Assembly (NCBI GenBank): GCA_976551045.1
Contig: CDPCPM010000044.1
Location: forward strand, 4,898,001-4,962,000
Length of the DNA: 64,000 nucleotides
Direction: 5' to 3'
Source of the DNA: Glaucostegus cemiculus
Lineage: Eukaryota
Below the pieces are notes generated by a model. The model searched no databases and was not told the origin of the DNA. It saw nothing but the letters and a program-made list of their open reading frames with translations. The stretch's first letter is position 1. Each line of letters starts with the position of its first letter. The position numbers and the translations under genes are program-made. Positions 1-14,178 of this stretch are shown here, in pieces.

Positions 1-666
1 AATCTGTCTGTAATGCATGAATTACATTGGACATATTTTGGGAGCTTGAAAGATTATACTGATAATGCCATTTTACCGTGCAAAATTCTGGTTGCATTAT
101 TTGACTGAGATTGTGAAGTAAGGAGAGCAACAAATGATTAAAATTGAACAGAGGCTATTCCAGGTATTATTTGTCTCCCCAAATGATTCAAGGCTGCACC
201 AAAACAATCCTGTTGTCTGAGTCATGCTACCTAACTAAGAGGGTAGCTGAATAGTTGAGTAGTGCAAGGCCTCTACCAGTCAGCTTTGAAATGCCAGAGT
301 TCTTCAGCTCTTAAAACTATTTCCTCATTATTCCTCACTCTGTTACTGCTTCTATCCAACAAACAATTTAATTTGCTGAGGATTTTTCTTACTGAAACTC
401 TGTGAAAAACTTACAAGCACTATGGAAGTGTTTTTGAAGTGTTCTTAGATAACATCTTAATTGTACAATGTGATTAATTCAACTCTTAACCAGTTTTATT
501 CCATACCTCTATACTTCCTATACAACATAAACCATTTTCTTCAATGCAGGAAATGATCATTCACATTTACATATATCTTTATTATGTATTCAATTTTTAA
601 CCAGTTATTTATTTAAAAGGAGCTGAGTGACATGGGATTGCTCAATTTGGCTTGTGAATTCAGTCA

Positions 667-1345
667 CTTTCTTCTCTTTCTTTCTTTTTCAATCTTTTTA
701 TTGATAACAAATCATTACAGGTTAAGATATATAACAACAATGTTTACACATGTATTATATAAATATCAAATAAATCGTAGATAATCATAAAAAAAGCAAT
801 AAAATATGATGTATATAAAAGAAATAATTCCAACAATATCTCAGTTCATAAATGTAATATAAAAAATAAAAAAGAAAAAGATTTGTTATATAATTAGAAG
901 AAAAAAAACAAAACAAAAAAAAAACCCCAAAACATTTTTTAAGAAAAAACAATTTAAAAAAATCATAATATAGAATAAATTGAACAAAAATGAATTTTAA
1001 AAAAAGGGAAAAAAAAACAAAACAAGAAGAAAAAAAAACTGGGCTAAAATTCAATAGAGATAGAACAATATAATGTCGTCAGCTCCGTTTCTCTAAATTT
1101 AAAAAAAAGTTATAGAAGGGGAGACTACATTGTATGAAAGTATTGAATAAATGGACTCCAAACATCTTCAAATTTAAGCGAAGAATCAACAGTACCACTC
1201 CTAATTTTTTCCAAATTAAGACATGAAATAGTTTGAGAGAACCATTGAAAAGTAGTAGGGGGTATTGGATCCTTCCATTTGAGCAGAATTGCTCGTTTGG
1301 CCATCAATGTAACAAAAGCAATCATACGATTAGCAGAAGCAGGAC
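667..1345 (-). mobile_element. L1-clade LINE 3' end (ORF2 C-terminus, T-rich 3' UTR, A-rich tail)
   Basis: ORF 1125-1325 AKRAILLKWKDPIPPTTFQW...LEKIR...WSPF is typical of the L1 ORF2 C-terminus; AATAAA plus A-rich tail near 667-702 on the minus strand. Confidence 0.85.
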
Positions 1346-3560
1346 TTTCTTCTCCACTCTGGTTTAAGGCCAGCAGTTGTACATTTGTGGCTTATAATCT
1401 TATAATAATATCTGAATCTAAGTATCCAGGTTCTGTTGATACTATCTGTCTTTGGGTATTTCAAATACATGGCTCCTGTAGTCTCCCAGCCTTTTTGTTC
1501 AAAATAGTTTGAATTCTATCAAACTCTCTTCAAAACATGGGCATATGGCTTTGAGAAATGATTATTGCTATGCTTCTTTGAGTCTCAATGAATCAGCATT
1601 CTTTGTTCTAATCTTTTTAACGTAGGCTTCAAGTAATAGCATCCAGCTGCTGGTTTTTACAGAGCTGTCCCCAGCCTAGCTACGCCAGCAAGTCACAAAA
1701 CCTGAATTTTTTTTCATTAAGATCACCTCTTCAGTGGCCATTCCAAATAAGCTTGTAGGACTAGAACATTCATCCAGTCACTTGAGGTCCCTTAATGTAT
1801 AAAATGTTGGGCTTTAATAGAGCTTATTGGAGTTTGTGGACAAGCCTTGGGGCACCTGGTCACTGGTTGGCCATATTAGAGTCCGCTAGATGAATCAAGC
1901 CTCACCCGCCTCCATCCATAATAAAATGAGGAAATCCACCAGTCTTTGATTAGGTTTGCTGGCAGTTATCTTCTGCTGAGTGCATACTTCCACTGAACAA
2001 TCAATAATCCACAGTTTTGAATAACAATTCCAGTATTATACATTAGATCACTTGAAATCATTAAACTCCTTAAACTAGTGTATTAATTTGCTCATATTGC
2101 CTATCTTTTCTCCAATACTTTAATTATCTCTCCAAACAATTTTGATTGAATTATTAAACATGATAGTAGCTTTTAAATCCATGTTTACTCTGCCATGTAG
2201 TCCCAGTGCTCTTTGACCAGGCTAGAATGAGTATTTCTGCAATATTCCCCATATTGAGTTTTAGGTTAACTCTTATATACCATACCCCTTATGTAGAACT
2301 GTGACTATGCTGCCATTGCTGTAGAGGCTTGTGGCTAGATCATTGTTGCAAATACTTAAGTCAAGAATTCAAAGGCTTCTTGCTAGCATTTATGTTATAA
2401 TCTGTAAAGTTGCAAAATGGATATTTTAAATATCTGAATTGTTATAGATTTCCTTGCCCCTTATGAAAGTTTCTGTAGGACATCCAAAATTTAGTTATCT
2501 CAGTGCTGAGGATGATTGGGCAGAATATAGCCGGATGTGTGATTGATTTTTTGTACCATACTTTATATGATTACTTGAGATATGAATTTGGATTACTAAT
2601 GAGATAAGGACTAAAGTATAACATCTTCCTTAAATTGCTATATACTTCATACTGAAGGAAACCAATTATGTCTCTAAAAGCCAATCTAACTATTTTATCA
2701 ACTGGTCATTCCCATCTTGCATCCTTTAGTTTTTAATAATCTAGTCATTACATTATTCAAATATGCTTATTTTGTATTCTGGCACAAGTCTTCATATAGA
2801 TCTTTATTACAGTGCCAAAATTACAAATTACAGTGTCCTGTGCCTCAATCAATGCCAAAAATCGCTCATGAATTCTGGCTCCCTGCTAGCTAAAGAATCA
2901 AATAATGAATCTGTCATGGCCATCTATGTGAACACTGCATTAGAAAATAAATTTTTTTGAATGCCCAGAGAAATACATTTCCCTTAGTATTGATTGGACT
3001 AGCTTTTTGCATTTTAAATTCAGCTGAAACTTGAAAGGTTTTATGCTTAATGTTAAAAAACATACTTTTAATAGAAGTATATAATTTAAAGTCAAATGCC
3101 ATAAACATTTACTTCAACAATGGCCCAGAATTTGTAATTCTTCTCCCCCAGAATGGGATATTACACTGGGAAACTGACAGAGGAATCTAGACTTTACAGA
3201 TCTTCAATTAAATATGGAAATCTAGAAATTTGTCATTGATTCCTTGATCCTCTGCAGGGTCTTGCTGCCCATGATCTCTAGATAACAATGAATTGCCAAA
3301 GACTCCAGGTATTTATGAATTAGTTTCACTGTAAAATATCCTCGATGTTATGGTGTGAGTTTTTAATGGTACATTAAGCCATAATAACAATTCAACAAAT
3401 TCATTGACCCTAAAAATTAATATGTATATTGTAATTCTCAGATAAATATTTTAAAATATAATGGATTTGAAAGTAATATAAAATATTTTATATTACATTA
3501 TGACACCTCTGCTTCTCTTTAAATATGTTCTCGTTTTATTTCCAAATTAGTAGTTAAAAA

Positions 3561-3766
3561 TCATGCCCTTTCTGGCTTGCATCTGTGATATCCTTTCAAT
3601 GTAATTGGCTGTTTATCCACTTTGGTGTTGTCACTGCAGTTGGTTGCCAAGGATCCAATTGAATTGACTCTTGACAGCAACTGATGTTGAAAAAGTGGAA
3701 GTCCTTGCCACAAGGCTTGCAAGATATTTATGTCAAGTTTTATTTTACAAGGTCCTTCAATTATCT
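3561..3766 (-). CDS. Putative terminal exon of an unidentified antisense ORF
   Basis: Strong acceptor tgtttccttttttaacag, open frame (E)IIEGPCKIKLDINILQALWQGLPLFQHQLLSR...KPERA-stop, AATAAA about 20 nt past the stop (3535-3540). No protein family recognised. Confidence 0.3.
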
Positions 3767-5407
3767 CTGTTAAAAAAGGAAACATCACCAAAATAAACAA
3801 TAATTTAAAATGCAAATATTCATTGAAACTTTCTACAGGCAAATATAGGAGGGAGCAAATACATTTCCACATTAATAAGACACTAGAGTGTACACCATTG
3901 TTCAGGAAGGGATGGGTTTCATGTGGAACAGGCTGTAGCAAACTAAGGGGTGTATCTTCCTATGGGCTGCTAGAATTTACTCCCATAAACACCAGTAAGG
4001 TGGCCTGTTTGTCTATCTTCCTATTGGCTTCCTGTGGTTAAGCAGGGCCAACAATATGATGCTAGGCTCTATCCATCAGTGATCCAGTCAGTGCTGACCT
4101 GTTGGTACATCTGGACTGCTGAATGATGGGAAACACTTCAATGTCTCCTGGTCAACAGACCCAGGCTGTCCAGGGATTTTCCTGTGTCTGGGTTCAGACC
4201 TGGGCTATCATCCAGGGTTTAGTCCTGAGTATCCTGGACTTCCAAAATGAACATATCATTACTTGCTTCCTTCTGCTTGTTCAGTTATTTTGTTGCACAG
4301 GATTATTTGCAATTGTATACAGATATACAAACATATGAATAAGGAGCAGGAGTCGGCCACTTGGGCCCCAGATTAGATGTCACAAGCCAAATTTCATGGA
4401 AGTTCAGAATTCTCCAGCAGTTTGTTTTTTTGCTCCAAATTCCAGCATCTACAGTCCTTTGTGTCCCCAAAGTTCATGAAATGGTCAGCAAAATTTAATT
4501 TTCTTTTAAAAAATAAAGATAACTATTTAGGGTCTATTATTGAACTTTTCCTGAAAATATTAAGAACATACTTCTAGGACAAACAAACGAAAAAACAGGG
4601 TAAGAAATACTGAAGTTTTATTTAAGTTTTCTTCAAGGTCTTTATATTAGGTTGGTTCAAAAGTAAACAGATCACCAAAATATGACACTGACTGTAAAAT
4701 TGACATTGCAAAAATGCTTTCACAGCTTTATGTATTACAGGTTATTTATTAAAGTGACGATTAGAGAGGTGGGGTGTTTGAGGCAGAATCTCACCATATG
4801 TCAAGGCCATTCAGGGGCAAAGCTGCTACTCACAGCTGGAGGGGTCCTGCTCTGCACAGAGTGTTTTCAATCATCTGGGAGTTCCATACCTGTCAGGAAT
4901 CTGGGCTAGTGAGCAAGCTGGAAGAAACAGTGTTGCCCCAACAATATATGGCTGACAAGCTTGGGCAGATCACCAGTCATCAGAAGTTCTGGCCCTCAAG
5001 TCTTTTTTTTCCCCCCATACACTAAAGCTGCACCAATGAATACTTTAAATTGAAAATGCAATTGCTTTACTCTCCCCTATAACTGTAATATCAGTAATAT
5101 ATCAGAACTCACACTGGATTAGTTATATGGAAAACAAAATCTGGATTTCTCCCATTTAATATTCTGGCTGCAGTCTGTGACAATATCTATTTGTTCTATT
5201 TCTGTTTGGTAATAGCATTAAGGAAAATGGAGAATTGTGGTACACCTCAAACGTGACCAAAGGAAATGGGGCTGAATGGAGTAAAACAGGCTTGAGGGGC
5301 CAAATGGGTATCCAAGGGTATCCAAGAGTTCAATGCATAATGACACTTAAGTTGCATTTTGAAGGATAACAACAGAAGACTGGAATTTTATATCATGCAG
5401 TACTACT

Positions 5408-5722
5408 CAGAGACATGCAACATGAAAATAGACCTTTTAGCCCACCAAATCCACACGGACCATCAGGCACCCATTTTACACTAATTCTACTCTAATGCAT
5501 TTTATCCTCTCCACATTCTCATCAACTCCTCCACATGTTAAGGACAATTTATAGTGGCCAACTATTTTATCAACCTACACATTTTTCAGATGCCAGAGGA
5601 AACCGATATGGTTGCAGGGACTATGCGCAAACTCCACACAGGCAGCACTGGAGGTCAGGATTGAACCCAGGTTGCTGAAGCCATGAGACAGCAGCTATAC
5701 TAGCAGTGTCCCTGTACCTCCC
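5408..5722 (-). mobile_element. tRNA-derived SINE (HE1/V-SINE type)
   Basis: B-box complement ggattgaacccagg, aaactccacacaggcagcac core, CR1-like tail; similar to the other copies in the window. Confidence 0.8.
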
Positions 5723-6190
5723 TCCTATTTGGTACTTCCCTGTTAACTTTGCACAAATCAATGCAACTTGGTTTGCAGCGCATTATTTCAGACTTGTGTA
5801 GAAATACATGTGTGTTAGTGTTCTTGTTTAATTCACTTCACCTCTGAATTGATAAGAGTCTTAAACCTCATGGAGAAAGGCAATATTATGAACCATTCTT
5901 CTGATAATTGCTTCCATGTATGGGCCAGAAAAAGTGGAGAAGTATCAGTCTTCCAATTTCTGTCCCATGATCATTGTGTCAGCTTTGTTGTGAGTGAGAG
6001 GGCATCAGCACCAACAGCTGAAGTGACTATCAATGAAATACAGGTAGCAATAAAGATTGTCAGTCTTTGAGGATTCAGAGCATGTAAGCTGTTACATTGG
6101 GCTTTGTTATAAAATAATCTACTTTCATTAGCTGAATGATATATTTATCACCAGTTGATAATCATTTTGTGTCCATAAGTTTAAGTGTAC

Positions 6191-6313
6191 CTTCAAGAAC
6201 TGAGTGTACCAGTTTTGATATATTGTACCCGACACTGCCAGTGATTGAGAGTTTACTGCTTTCAGTCAATGACATTTTGTTGATAACTCTATTTACCTTA
6301 GTAAACATCAACC
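6191..6313 (-). CDS. Putative internal exon of the same antisense ORF
   Basis: Acceptor tatgttccttag, donor GAAG|gtacac (moderate), 123 nt, phase 1-1, LMFTKVNRVINKMSLTESSKLSITGSVGYNISKLVHSVLE; phase fits 3561-3766. Confidence 0.25.
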
Positions 6314-6567
6314 CTAAGGAACATACAGTCACTGTAGTGCTGCACATTCTATGCTAGAAGTGCATACTTGCTATCTCAACAAAGACTAAATTGTGAATGC
6401 ATCAGAAAAAAAAAGGCTTTAGATCTTGTATACATACAATTAAAGGCCTAATGTTTGTCTGAAAGCAGCAGCAGCCATTATTGGGCCTGCTGTAGACTAT
6501 CATGGTCTGTCTTGTCTTCTCTTCTTAAAACTGGATGGTGAGTTGAAAGGTGTGTCTAAATTATTGA

Positions 6568-8050
6568 TTAGAGTTATACAGCACAAAAACAGGTCCTTTG
6601 GCCCAACTGGTCCACACCAACCAAGATACCACATCTAAACTAGTCCCATTTGCCAGTGTTTGGCCCATAACCACTAAACTATTACAATTCATACTTGTCC
6701 AACTGTCCTTTAAAAGTTGTTATTATGCCTGCCTCAAGCACTTCCTCTGGCAGCTCATTCCACATAAATACAACCCTTTGTGTAAAAAAAAATTGCCCCT
6801 CAAGTTCCAATTAAATCTTTCCCCTCTCACCTTAAACCTATGCCTTCTAGTTCTTGATTCCACAACCCTGGGGAAAAGACTGAGTTCATGAACCTTATCT
6901 ATGCCCCAGTCACAATGTTGATTGAAGAGCAAGATCACAGAGAACCCAAATACAGCAGACTGGCACAAGACTGGAGTCAGGATACTTCCTCAGGACCAGA
7001 CACAGGCAACACTGGAAGGAAATCTTGCCTCAGAGATCTGAGTAGTAATCCCAACACAAACTGAATCTTCAAGGTTGACCAATCCTCCAGCAACTAATGA
7101 TAGAGAAACCCAGGTACTTATGCTAGGCCCCTGATGGGGCTCAGGTGTGTGTCATTATGCAATCAGTCCAGCATGGAATCCATGTGCTGTACAACAAGGC
7201 ATCTAAGGAACCAAATCAAGGGCCAGTACTCAGAATCATGGCAGCCCCTCATGATTTTATACACCTCTATAAGATCACCTCTCAGTCTGCTACACTGTAA
7301 GGAATAAAGTCCTAGCCTGTCCCTATAACTTAGTCCTTCAAGTCCTGGAAGCATCCTTGTAAATCTTTTCTGCACTCTTTCCAGTTTAATAACACCTTTC
7401 CTATAGTAGGGTGACTAAATTGAACATGACTAAATTGTACTTCAAGGGCGGCCTCACCGGTGTTCTATACAGCTGTGCCATGACCTCCCAATTCTTATAC
7501 TCATTGCCCTGACTTATGAAGGCCAGCATGCCCAAAGCCTTCACCACCCTGTCTACTTTTGAATTCACCTTCAGTGAACCCTATACTTGTACTCTCAAGG
7601 TCCCTCTGTTCTACAAAACTTCCTAGGGCCTTGCCGTTCACCATGAAAATCCTACCTGAATTTCAGTTTCCAAAATGCAACACCTCACACTTACCTGAAT
7701 TAAACTCCGTTTGCCATTCTGCAGCCCTCTTATTCAGCTGATCAAGATCCCCCTGTAATTTTTGATAACCTTCTTCATTGTGTCACCTGCAAACTTATTA
7801 ACCATTCCCTGTACATTCTTATCTAAATTGTTGATATAGATGACAGACAACAGTCAACCATGTGCTGACCCCTGAGGCACACCACTAGTCATGGGCCTCC
7901 CGTCCAAGAAACAACCTTTCACCGTCACCCTCTGTTGCCTACAAACAAGCCAGTTGTGTATCCAATTAGCCAGCTCTCCCTGGATTCCAAGCAATCTAAC
8001 CTTCCAGAGCAGTCTTCCATGTGAAACCTTATCAAAGGCTTTACTGGTCC
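6568..8050 (-). mobile_element. CR1 (HER1-like) LINE 3' fragment, interrupted at 6908-7243
   Basis: Minus-strand peptides QKRFTRMLPGLEGLSYRDRLGLYSL..LRGDLIEVYKIMRG and LFPRVVESRTRRHRFKVRGERF; CR1 3' tail at about 6570. Confidence 0.9.
6908..7243. mobile_element. Solo-LTR-like insertion inside CR1
   Basis: 336-bp insert with termini (A/T)GTCACAA...TCATGGCA flanked by a 5-bp direct repeat GCCCC (6903-6907, 7244-7248); removing it restores contiguous CR1 sequence. Confidence 0.65.
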
Positions 8051-8382
8051 ATATTATTTGTGATTGATTTGTGAGTTTTCCTTGCCCCTGGATTGGTAGT
8101 CCTTAAGGGCTTTAAGGACTACCAATCTAGGGGCTGCTTTGATCGAAAAGTTATCTGCAACTCTTCACAGCTCAGCTGAGCTCCATCTAAGCAATGAATG
8201 TAGGAAGAGTCTGTCTCACTCTGTGTGACACACACATGCGCATGCACATACACACACATACAGAGCGCACTGTTTTCTCAAACTGATTGGCTGCCATTGC
8301 AATTATATAGGTATTAAGGTGCAAACAGAATGTTCCTGACTTCATAGGTTCTGGGAAATCATAGGCGTAGTTTTCTTGGTTT

Positions 8383-8554
8383 NNNNNNNNNNNNNNNNNN
8401 NNNNNNNNNNNNNNNNNNNNNNNNNNNNNNNNNNNNNNNNNNNNNNNNNNNNNNNNNNNNNNNNNNNNNNNNNNNNNNNNNNNNNNNNNNNNNNNNNNNN
8501 NNNNNNNNNNNNNNNNNNNNNNNNNNNNNNNNNNNNNNNNNNNNNNNNNNNNNN
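8383..8554. other. Assembly gap (172 N)
   Basis: Run of N characters. Confidence 1.
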
Positions 8555-8874
8555 TAATCAGGGAGGTACCCTGACCAGAGACTTGCATTGGAAAAATCAT
8601 CTCTTTAGAGTACGTTTTGAAAAGCAAGTATGGGGTGGCAACTTGTTAATATTGGTCGAACTATCACTGACAATGGGATATAAAAAGTGATACAGCACAG
8701 AAAATTCATTCCAACTGGATACAATTCAATTGAGTTGGTAAAATAGGTGAAAATTATTGGTACCATCGGATGATTACAAGTGCTGATCTCTCAGCACAAG
8801 CTCCATTACAGTGGGTCCTCCTGCGGTATTCATGGAGCTCACCAAATACCTGGCAGATGACTGAGTTGTCCCAA

Positions 8875-9275
8875 CATAGAACATATATGCAACATAGAAG
8901 GAGGCCATTTGGCCCTTTTGAATAAATCCAGCTCTTAGAGTAATCCCATTCCTCCACTTATTTCCCTGTAACCCATTCTCTCATATATCCATCCTATGTC
9001 TATCCATTCTTCATATGTCCATCTATTCTTCAATATATCCATCAACTCCACCCTGAATCTCTCACATCAACCTATACTAGGGGTAATTTTACAGTAATCA
9101 TTAGCCTTCCAGTGCATCTCTAGGACATGGGAGGAAACCAGAATACCCAGGGGAAACCCACGTTTTCACAGGAAGAATGTGCAAACTCCACACAGATAGA
9201 TCGGAGACTAGGATCAAGCTTCAGTCACTGGATCTATGAATCAACAGCCTGAGCTGATGCACCATTGTGTCACTT
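8875..9275 (-). mobile_element. tRNA-derived SINE (HE1 type), decayed
   Basis: tgggaggaaaccagaatacccaggggaaacccac...gcaaactccacacaga core with CR1-like tail. Confidence 0.75.
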
Positions 9276-9809
9276 CTACATTGTTGATAATTTTAACTTT
9301 TTTATTTAAAGGTTGCCTTTCCATTGATTATTAAACGTTGATAAAAAGATCACCGACTACGGGGATAAAATGAAAAGTTACAAAATATAAGTTTTCAGCA
9401 GTGGAGCAGCAAAATGGAGACACTTCCATAAGTTTTCAGCTATCACTTTGATCTTTGTACTACTTATTTCCAAGATATATTAGTAGGTATTGAAATTAGT
9501 ACCTCTGATAAGTGTTGTGATAGTTCGTAGTACATTTATTTTAACCAGAAAATATTGCATGTTTTCCAGAACATGGGTGAACTGAAGTATGTACACAACA
9601 GCTAAGTCACTGTGTGGCTGTTAGTTGGTGGTGGCATCACCAGGCAGTATTGTCACAGTTTGTTGCCACATTGATTATGCAGAGTATTCTCCCCTTAGCT
9701 CGCTGCTTGATCTCCTTGGACTGACATTCTTTCCCTTTCCATCCTGAGAGTGTGTCTGAAGTGATTCTGCCTAGCACAGAGCCAGCCTTCCCTGAAGTAC
9801 AATTCCACT

Positions 9810-10155
9810 CATAGAGTCATCGACTGCTGCAGCACAGACACAGATCCTGTGCCCCACCATGCCCGTGCTCACCATCAGCCTCCCATTTGCATTAATCTTA
9901 CACTAGTGTCATTTTTAGCTTTTCCCACATTCTCATCAACTCTTCAGATTCAACCACTTCTCTACACACTAGCAGCAATTTACAGTGGCCTATTAACCTA
10001 CCATCTTGGGATGTGGGAGGAAGGAGAAGCACCGGGAGGAAACCCATGCCTTCACAGGGAGAACCAGTAAATGCCACACAGGCAGCACCCAAGGTCAGGA
10101 TTGAACCCAGGTCTCCGGTGATGTGAGGCAGCGGTTCTACCAGCTGTGCCATCTT
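9810..10155 (-). mobile_element. tRNA-derived SINE (HE1 type)
   Basis: ggatgtgggaggaaggagaagcaccgggaggaaaccca core, ggattgaacccagg B-box complement. Confidence 0.8.
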
Positions 10156-12603
10156 TGACATGAACTTGTGCCTTGGAATGGGAATGTAAGTCCATCGGCA
10201 GCTATGGATCCATTGGCAGCAAGGTTGGCCACTGGTGTCACAGACTTGTGTCTTCAGTTGTAAAATGGCAGCCAGTAGGAACCAGCCCAGGCAGCTACCC
10301 TGCAGACTGTGTTATAAATATCTACTCATATTTTCTTGACCCTACATGTTCCTCATAGATCCCTTGATTTGAGGAGGAGTGAGCACACACAATTCACCTC
10401 AGGTGTACCTTCATGGAATAAAATCTCAAGAAAAAGGAGGGGAGGTGTGGCAGTGGGACTTCTATCACATTAGTGAGTTACTACAGTGCTTGAAGAAATT
10501 TTGACTCTTGACTTGGTCACATTAATCACCTCTCCTAAAGATGTAATCACAAATTCAATCTCTTTACCTCCGTGTGTATTCCAACACTTGTCAATTCCCT
10601 ACACTAACAGTTCACCACAGTGGAAAATAAAGTATCCAGTCACATAAAGCAGTCTAGCAATGACATTGTTTTGAGCTGGTTTTAATAATTTACATGAAGT
10701 TTTTTATCATGAAGTTTTTCACTTGCAAGTACCTTAAAAAATGCTTAACAAAAATAATGAAGCACAATTTTCTATTTGTGAAAACATTATTCATACAGTG
10801 AATATTAATGATAGTGAATGTGTGAATAAATGCAGGGTAATGAATGCAGATGGCAATTAACAGAGTGATTTCTTAAATATGCGCTGGAGCTAGTGAACTT
10901 TGACACTTCATGTTCCTGTTCAATTCAGTGCTCTTTATCAGGGCAAACTCAAGTATAAAGCAGGTGTACACCCAAGCCCACTGGATGCATAAGGTTAAAA
11001 TGACCAAAGAGTTTTTATAGATAGACCCTTAGAAGCCATTCCTAAGCTCAATTACTGTTTATGCTATCTATATAAATGTTGTCATCCTTACTGTTATTTT
11101 TTGTTAACCTCTTTCCTTTTGTTAAAACCATTACTTATGTTTCATTTTGAAACCCTAATCAGCTTCCTTGCAATTTTTCTTTCATGAAAAAGCATTTTAA
11201 TTTGCTGCTGTACACTATGCAAGTATATTTGAAAGCTAAATATATACATGTTCTATGCACAATTCCAAAATTCTGTGAGTAAAATTTTTACATAAGGCAT
11301 TACCACATGCTTCAGAGCAAGGAGATCAAGGGAACAAAATAAAATCAATTGTAAAATGGTTTCAAAATATTTATAAAGTTCTTTTCTTGATATATTTATT
11401 TGAAAAATATTTTATGCATTGCATGAACTGATAAAGGTGATACTAGTGTGTTTAATGCATGATTTATCATTGACCACAATAATCAGGAAAAAAGTCTCAA
11501 GGATAAATCTGTGTTTAGTTTTCAGTGATATTTCCCAATATTTCTGTAATCAAGAACTTTTCTGATGGCAACAGTCTTTAGATAGAGGGGCAATTGAATA
11601 TCCGTTTCCTGTGTAGAAAAATGTCATGCTTCTCATTAACGAGGTCATGAGAAACAAATTATTTTTCAACTTGGTAAATCATATTTGCGTCTCAGAATCA
11701 TTTGCAGTTGTGTCATTTGAGAAGTGTTGCAGATTGTCCATTTGGTGCTGGACTATGACATTAGTTCAGAATTGTAACTGTTATTTTACTTTGGAATTTA
11801 AGGGACATTGTGGGTCTTGTACAATGGTAATATCCAGCAGTAATAATGGAAACTAAACTATACCATTTTCTGTAATGACCTGTGCTGACTATCAATGTGT
11901 GACATCAAATAATGAAGTAACATCATTTTGGAAAATAATTTACTGAAACTAATACTCCTCTTGTGATTTTTCAGCCATAAATATTAATGTCAGGCTGAAA
12001 TAGGTTGCATACATGTTCGCAGGCATTTGACATTGTGATTAATCGTGTAGTAATATTGAGGAAGATTTTTTCCCCCACTGTCCTACTATCATTGGTTTAA
12101 ATCTCGAGAGAAGTCTGATTTATTATTTGTCTAATTTTATGGGATCTTAAGCAGTTCTTGATGCATGTGTTAAATTGAGATCTCCATTAAGTCTGAGTTG
12201 GACTAAGTGTACTTATTTTGGTTTATCAGATTGTTGGTTTGGAAAAAAAAGATACAGTGAAACTCAAAAGCAATACTGCTATTTCCCATGAAATAATTAA
12301 TGGTGAATAAATGTTCATGGCTCTTCTAGCATAGTCCTGTCATTACCATAACTAAAAATAAGGGAGAAACCCAATAATATGATGACTCCAGAGGCTGTGC
12401 AAGGAGCCCCCAACAATTCACATATGAATTGTCTTGGCTATCATAGGGTCCAGTGTAGGATCAGTGATGTTATGTTTTGATAGAATCAGATTTTTAGTGT
12501 ACCAGGCTATCAGTGGTTAAGAACACATGACTTATGGACATCTGTATGTATGACTGAGCTCCAATAACTTTATTAAATTCAAATGTCTGAAGTACATACT
12601 TAC

Positions 12604-12694
12604 GTTTGTTCCTGTGAACGGCAGAAATAGTTTCCCCCCTTGCTCTGCACTTTAAGTAATTGTTCTGTCTTATCAATCTTAAGTGCTTTTGATC
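12604..12694 (-). CDS. Putative internal exon of the antisense ORF
   Basis: Strong donor AAC|gtaagt, weak acceptor aacaagtag; phase 0-1, DQKHLRLIRQNNYLKCRARGETISAVHRNK. Confidence 0.15.
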
Positions 12695-12744
12695 CTACTT
12701 GTTACAATACTGTGGAGGTATGGTTAACCATATTGAATAAACTT

Positions 12745-12816
12745 CGAGTATTTTCCGACTTATGGACAAAATTGACTTATAGATGTCTGTAAAAGTGGAA
12801 CATGGGATGCCCTGTA
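12745..12816 (-). mobile_element. TcMar-Tigger-like terminal fragment
   Basis: Minus strand reads taCAGGGCATCCC...taagtcaattttgtccataagtcggaa, resembling Tigger termini. Confidence 0.4.
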
Positions 12817-14141
12817 AGTAACAATTTCTTCAGAGGAACCTTTGTGTCCAGGTCTAACTTCACCAGAATCCAATAAAATCCATGTTAACGGCATTTCTGA
12901 GAAAAGTTCCTCACAGAATTTATGAAAAAATGACCATTTACATCAAACCACCTGCAACATATGAATTAGGCCAGTAACTGCAAAACTCCTAATAATTTGC
13001 ATTTGGCTCATCTCGTGCTGGTTAACACACTAGAGCCCAGTTCTTGCGCTTCCTCTAACACACCGAGACCCAGGTTCCCATGCTCCCTTTCACACAGTGG
13101 GCCCTGTTTCCCATGTTTCCTTTAAACTTATCAGGTTCACTGGAAAATTTATTATTCTACTATATAATATCAAAAAAGATGAATTAAGTATCCGTTGGCA
13201 TATTAATAATAACTTTCAAAAGTCCAGAAAATCCGTCTATCCAGAACCAAAATCTTGAACATGCTGGAGTCTTACTGTTGTCAGAATCATATCTTCTCAT
13301 GTCATCATTTTTGATTTTGAAACATTAGAAGATTACATGTTAGCTTTGTTTCTTCCCAATTGAGCTCTTTGTATCAGTTCACCCAAAACCAGCCAAAGAT
13401 CAAGGAATTTTACAAAACAATTGAGTTTATGTGTCTTTTTTTGGACTGCTTTAAAAAGCATTGTGCTGGAAGCTGCTTTCCCACAGCCAGGCCACGTCCT
13501 TGGTCTGGATTAAGTGCATTTATCTGCAGCCCAGTTAAATACAAGATACTCTTAAAATTAAATCTTTTTTGGAGCAATGGAATATTATTCAGTATATTTA
13601 AAAGTTTTGTGTAAAAAAATGGATTACTGTACAGGAATTAAACTAATCGATGGTTCCAAAATTTTTTGAAGTCATTTTCAGATATTTAAATTTAGGTTAC
13701 AGTGCTTAATGGTGGCATATTAACATATTGATTAAAATATTTATTTTTGTGATAATCACATTTTCATCCATAATAACCAAATGCACCAAAGTACCAATCA
13801 TAACTAAGGCAAGATTTTTTAATATGTAAAAACATACAAAAGAATCTAAAATTGTTCTCAATTGCACTGGTTCAAACAAAATTATATTTTTAGCCATATA
13901 GAAAAGGATTTGATTGGAAACTTGAACAACAAAAACACGCCTTAAAAGATCTACAAATTTGAGTGTAGCCAGTTATTTAGAAATAGAGAAGTACTTTTCT
14001 GGGAAGCTCTGATGATTACACACTTCGTAGTTGTTTCAGGTCAAGCTATGACTGAACATAAGATGCAAGAAAATAAATAACAAATGGCCCCCAGAGAGGG
14101 AAGTGAACATACGAATACAGAGGACAAAGCAGAGGAAGAGT

Positions 14142-14144
<3 letters not shown>

Positions 14145-14177
<33 letters not shown>
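14145..14177 (+). repeat. (GA)n microsatellite
   Basis: Perfect GA dinucleotide run. Confidence 0.98.

Positions 14178-14178
<1 letters not shown>

Noticed and set aside
785-1054. 89-aa Phe-rich ORF resembling a membrane protein
   Set aside because: Translation of the T-rich L1 3' UTR.
8187-8690. ORFs of 146 and 104 aa
   Set aside because: Artefacts of reading through the N gap.
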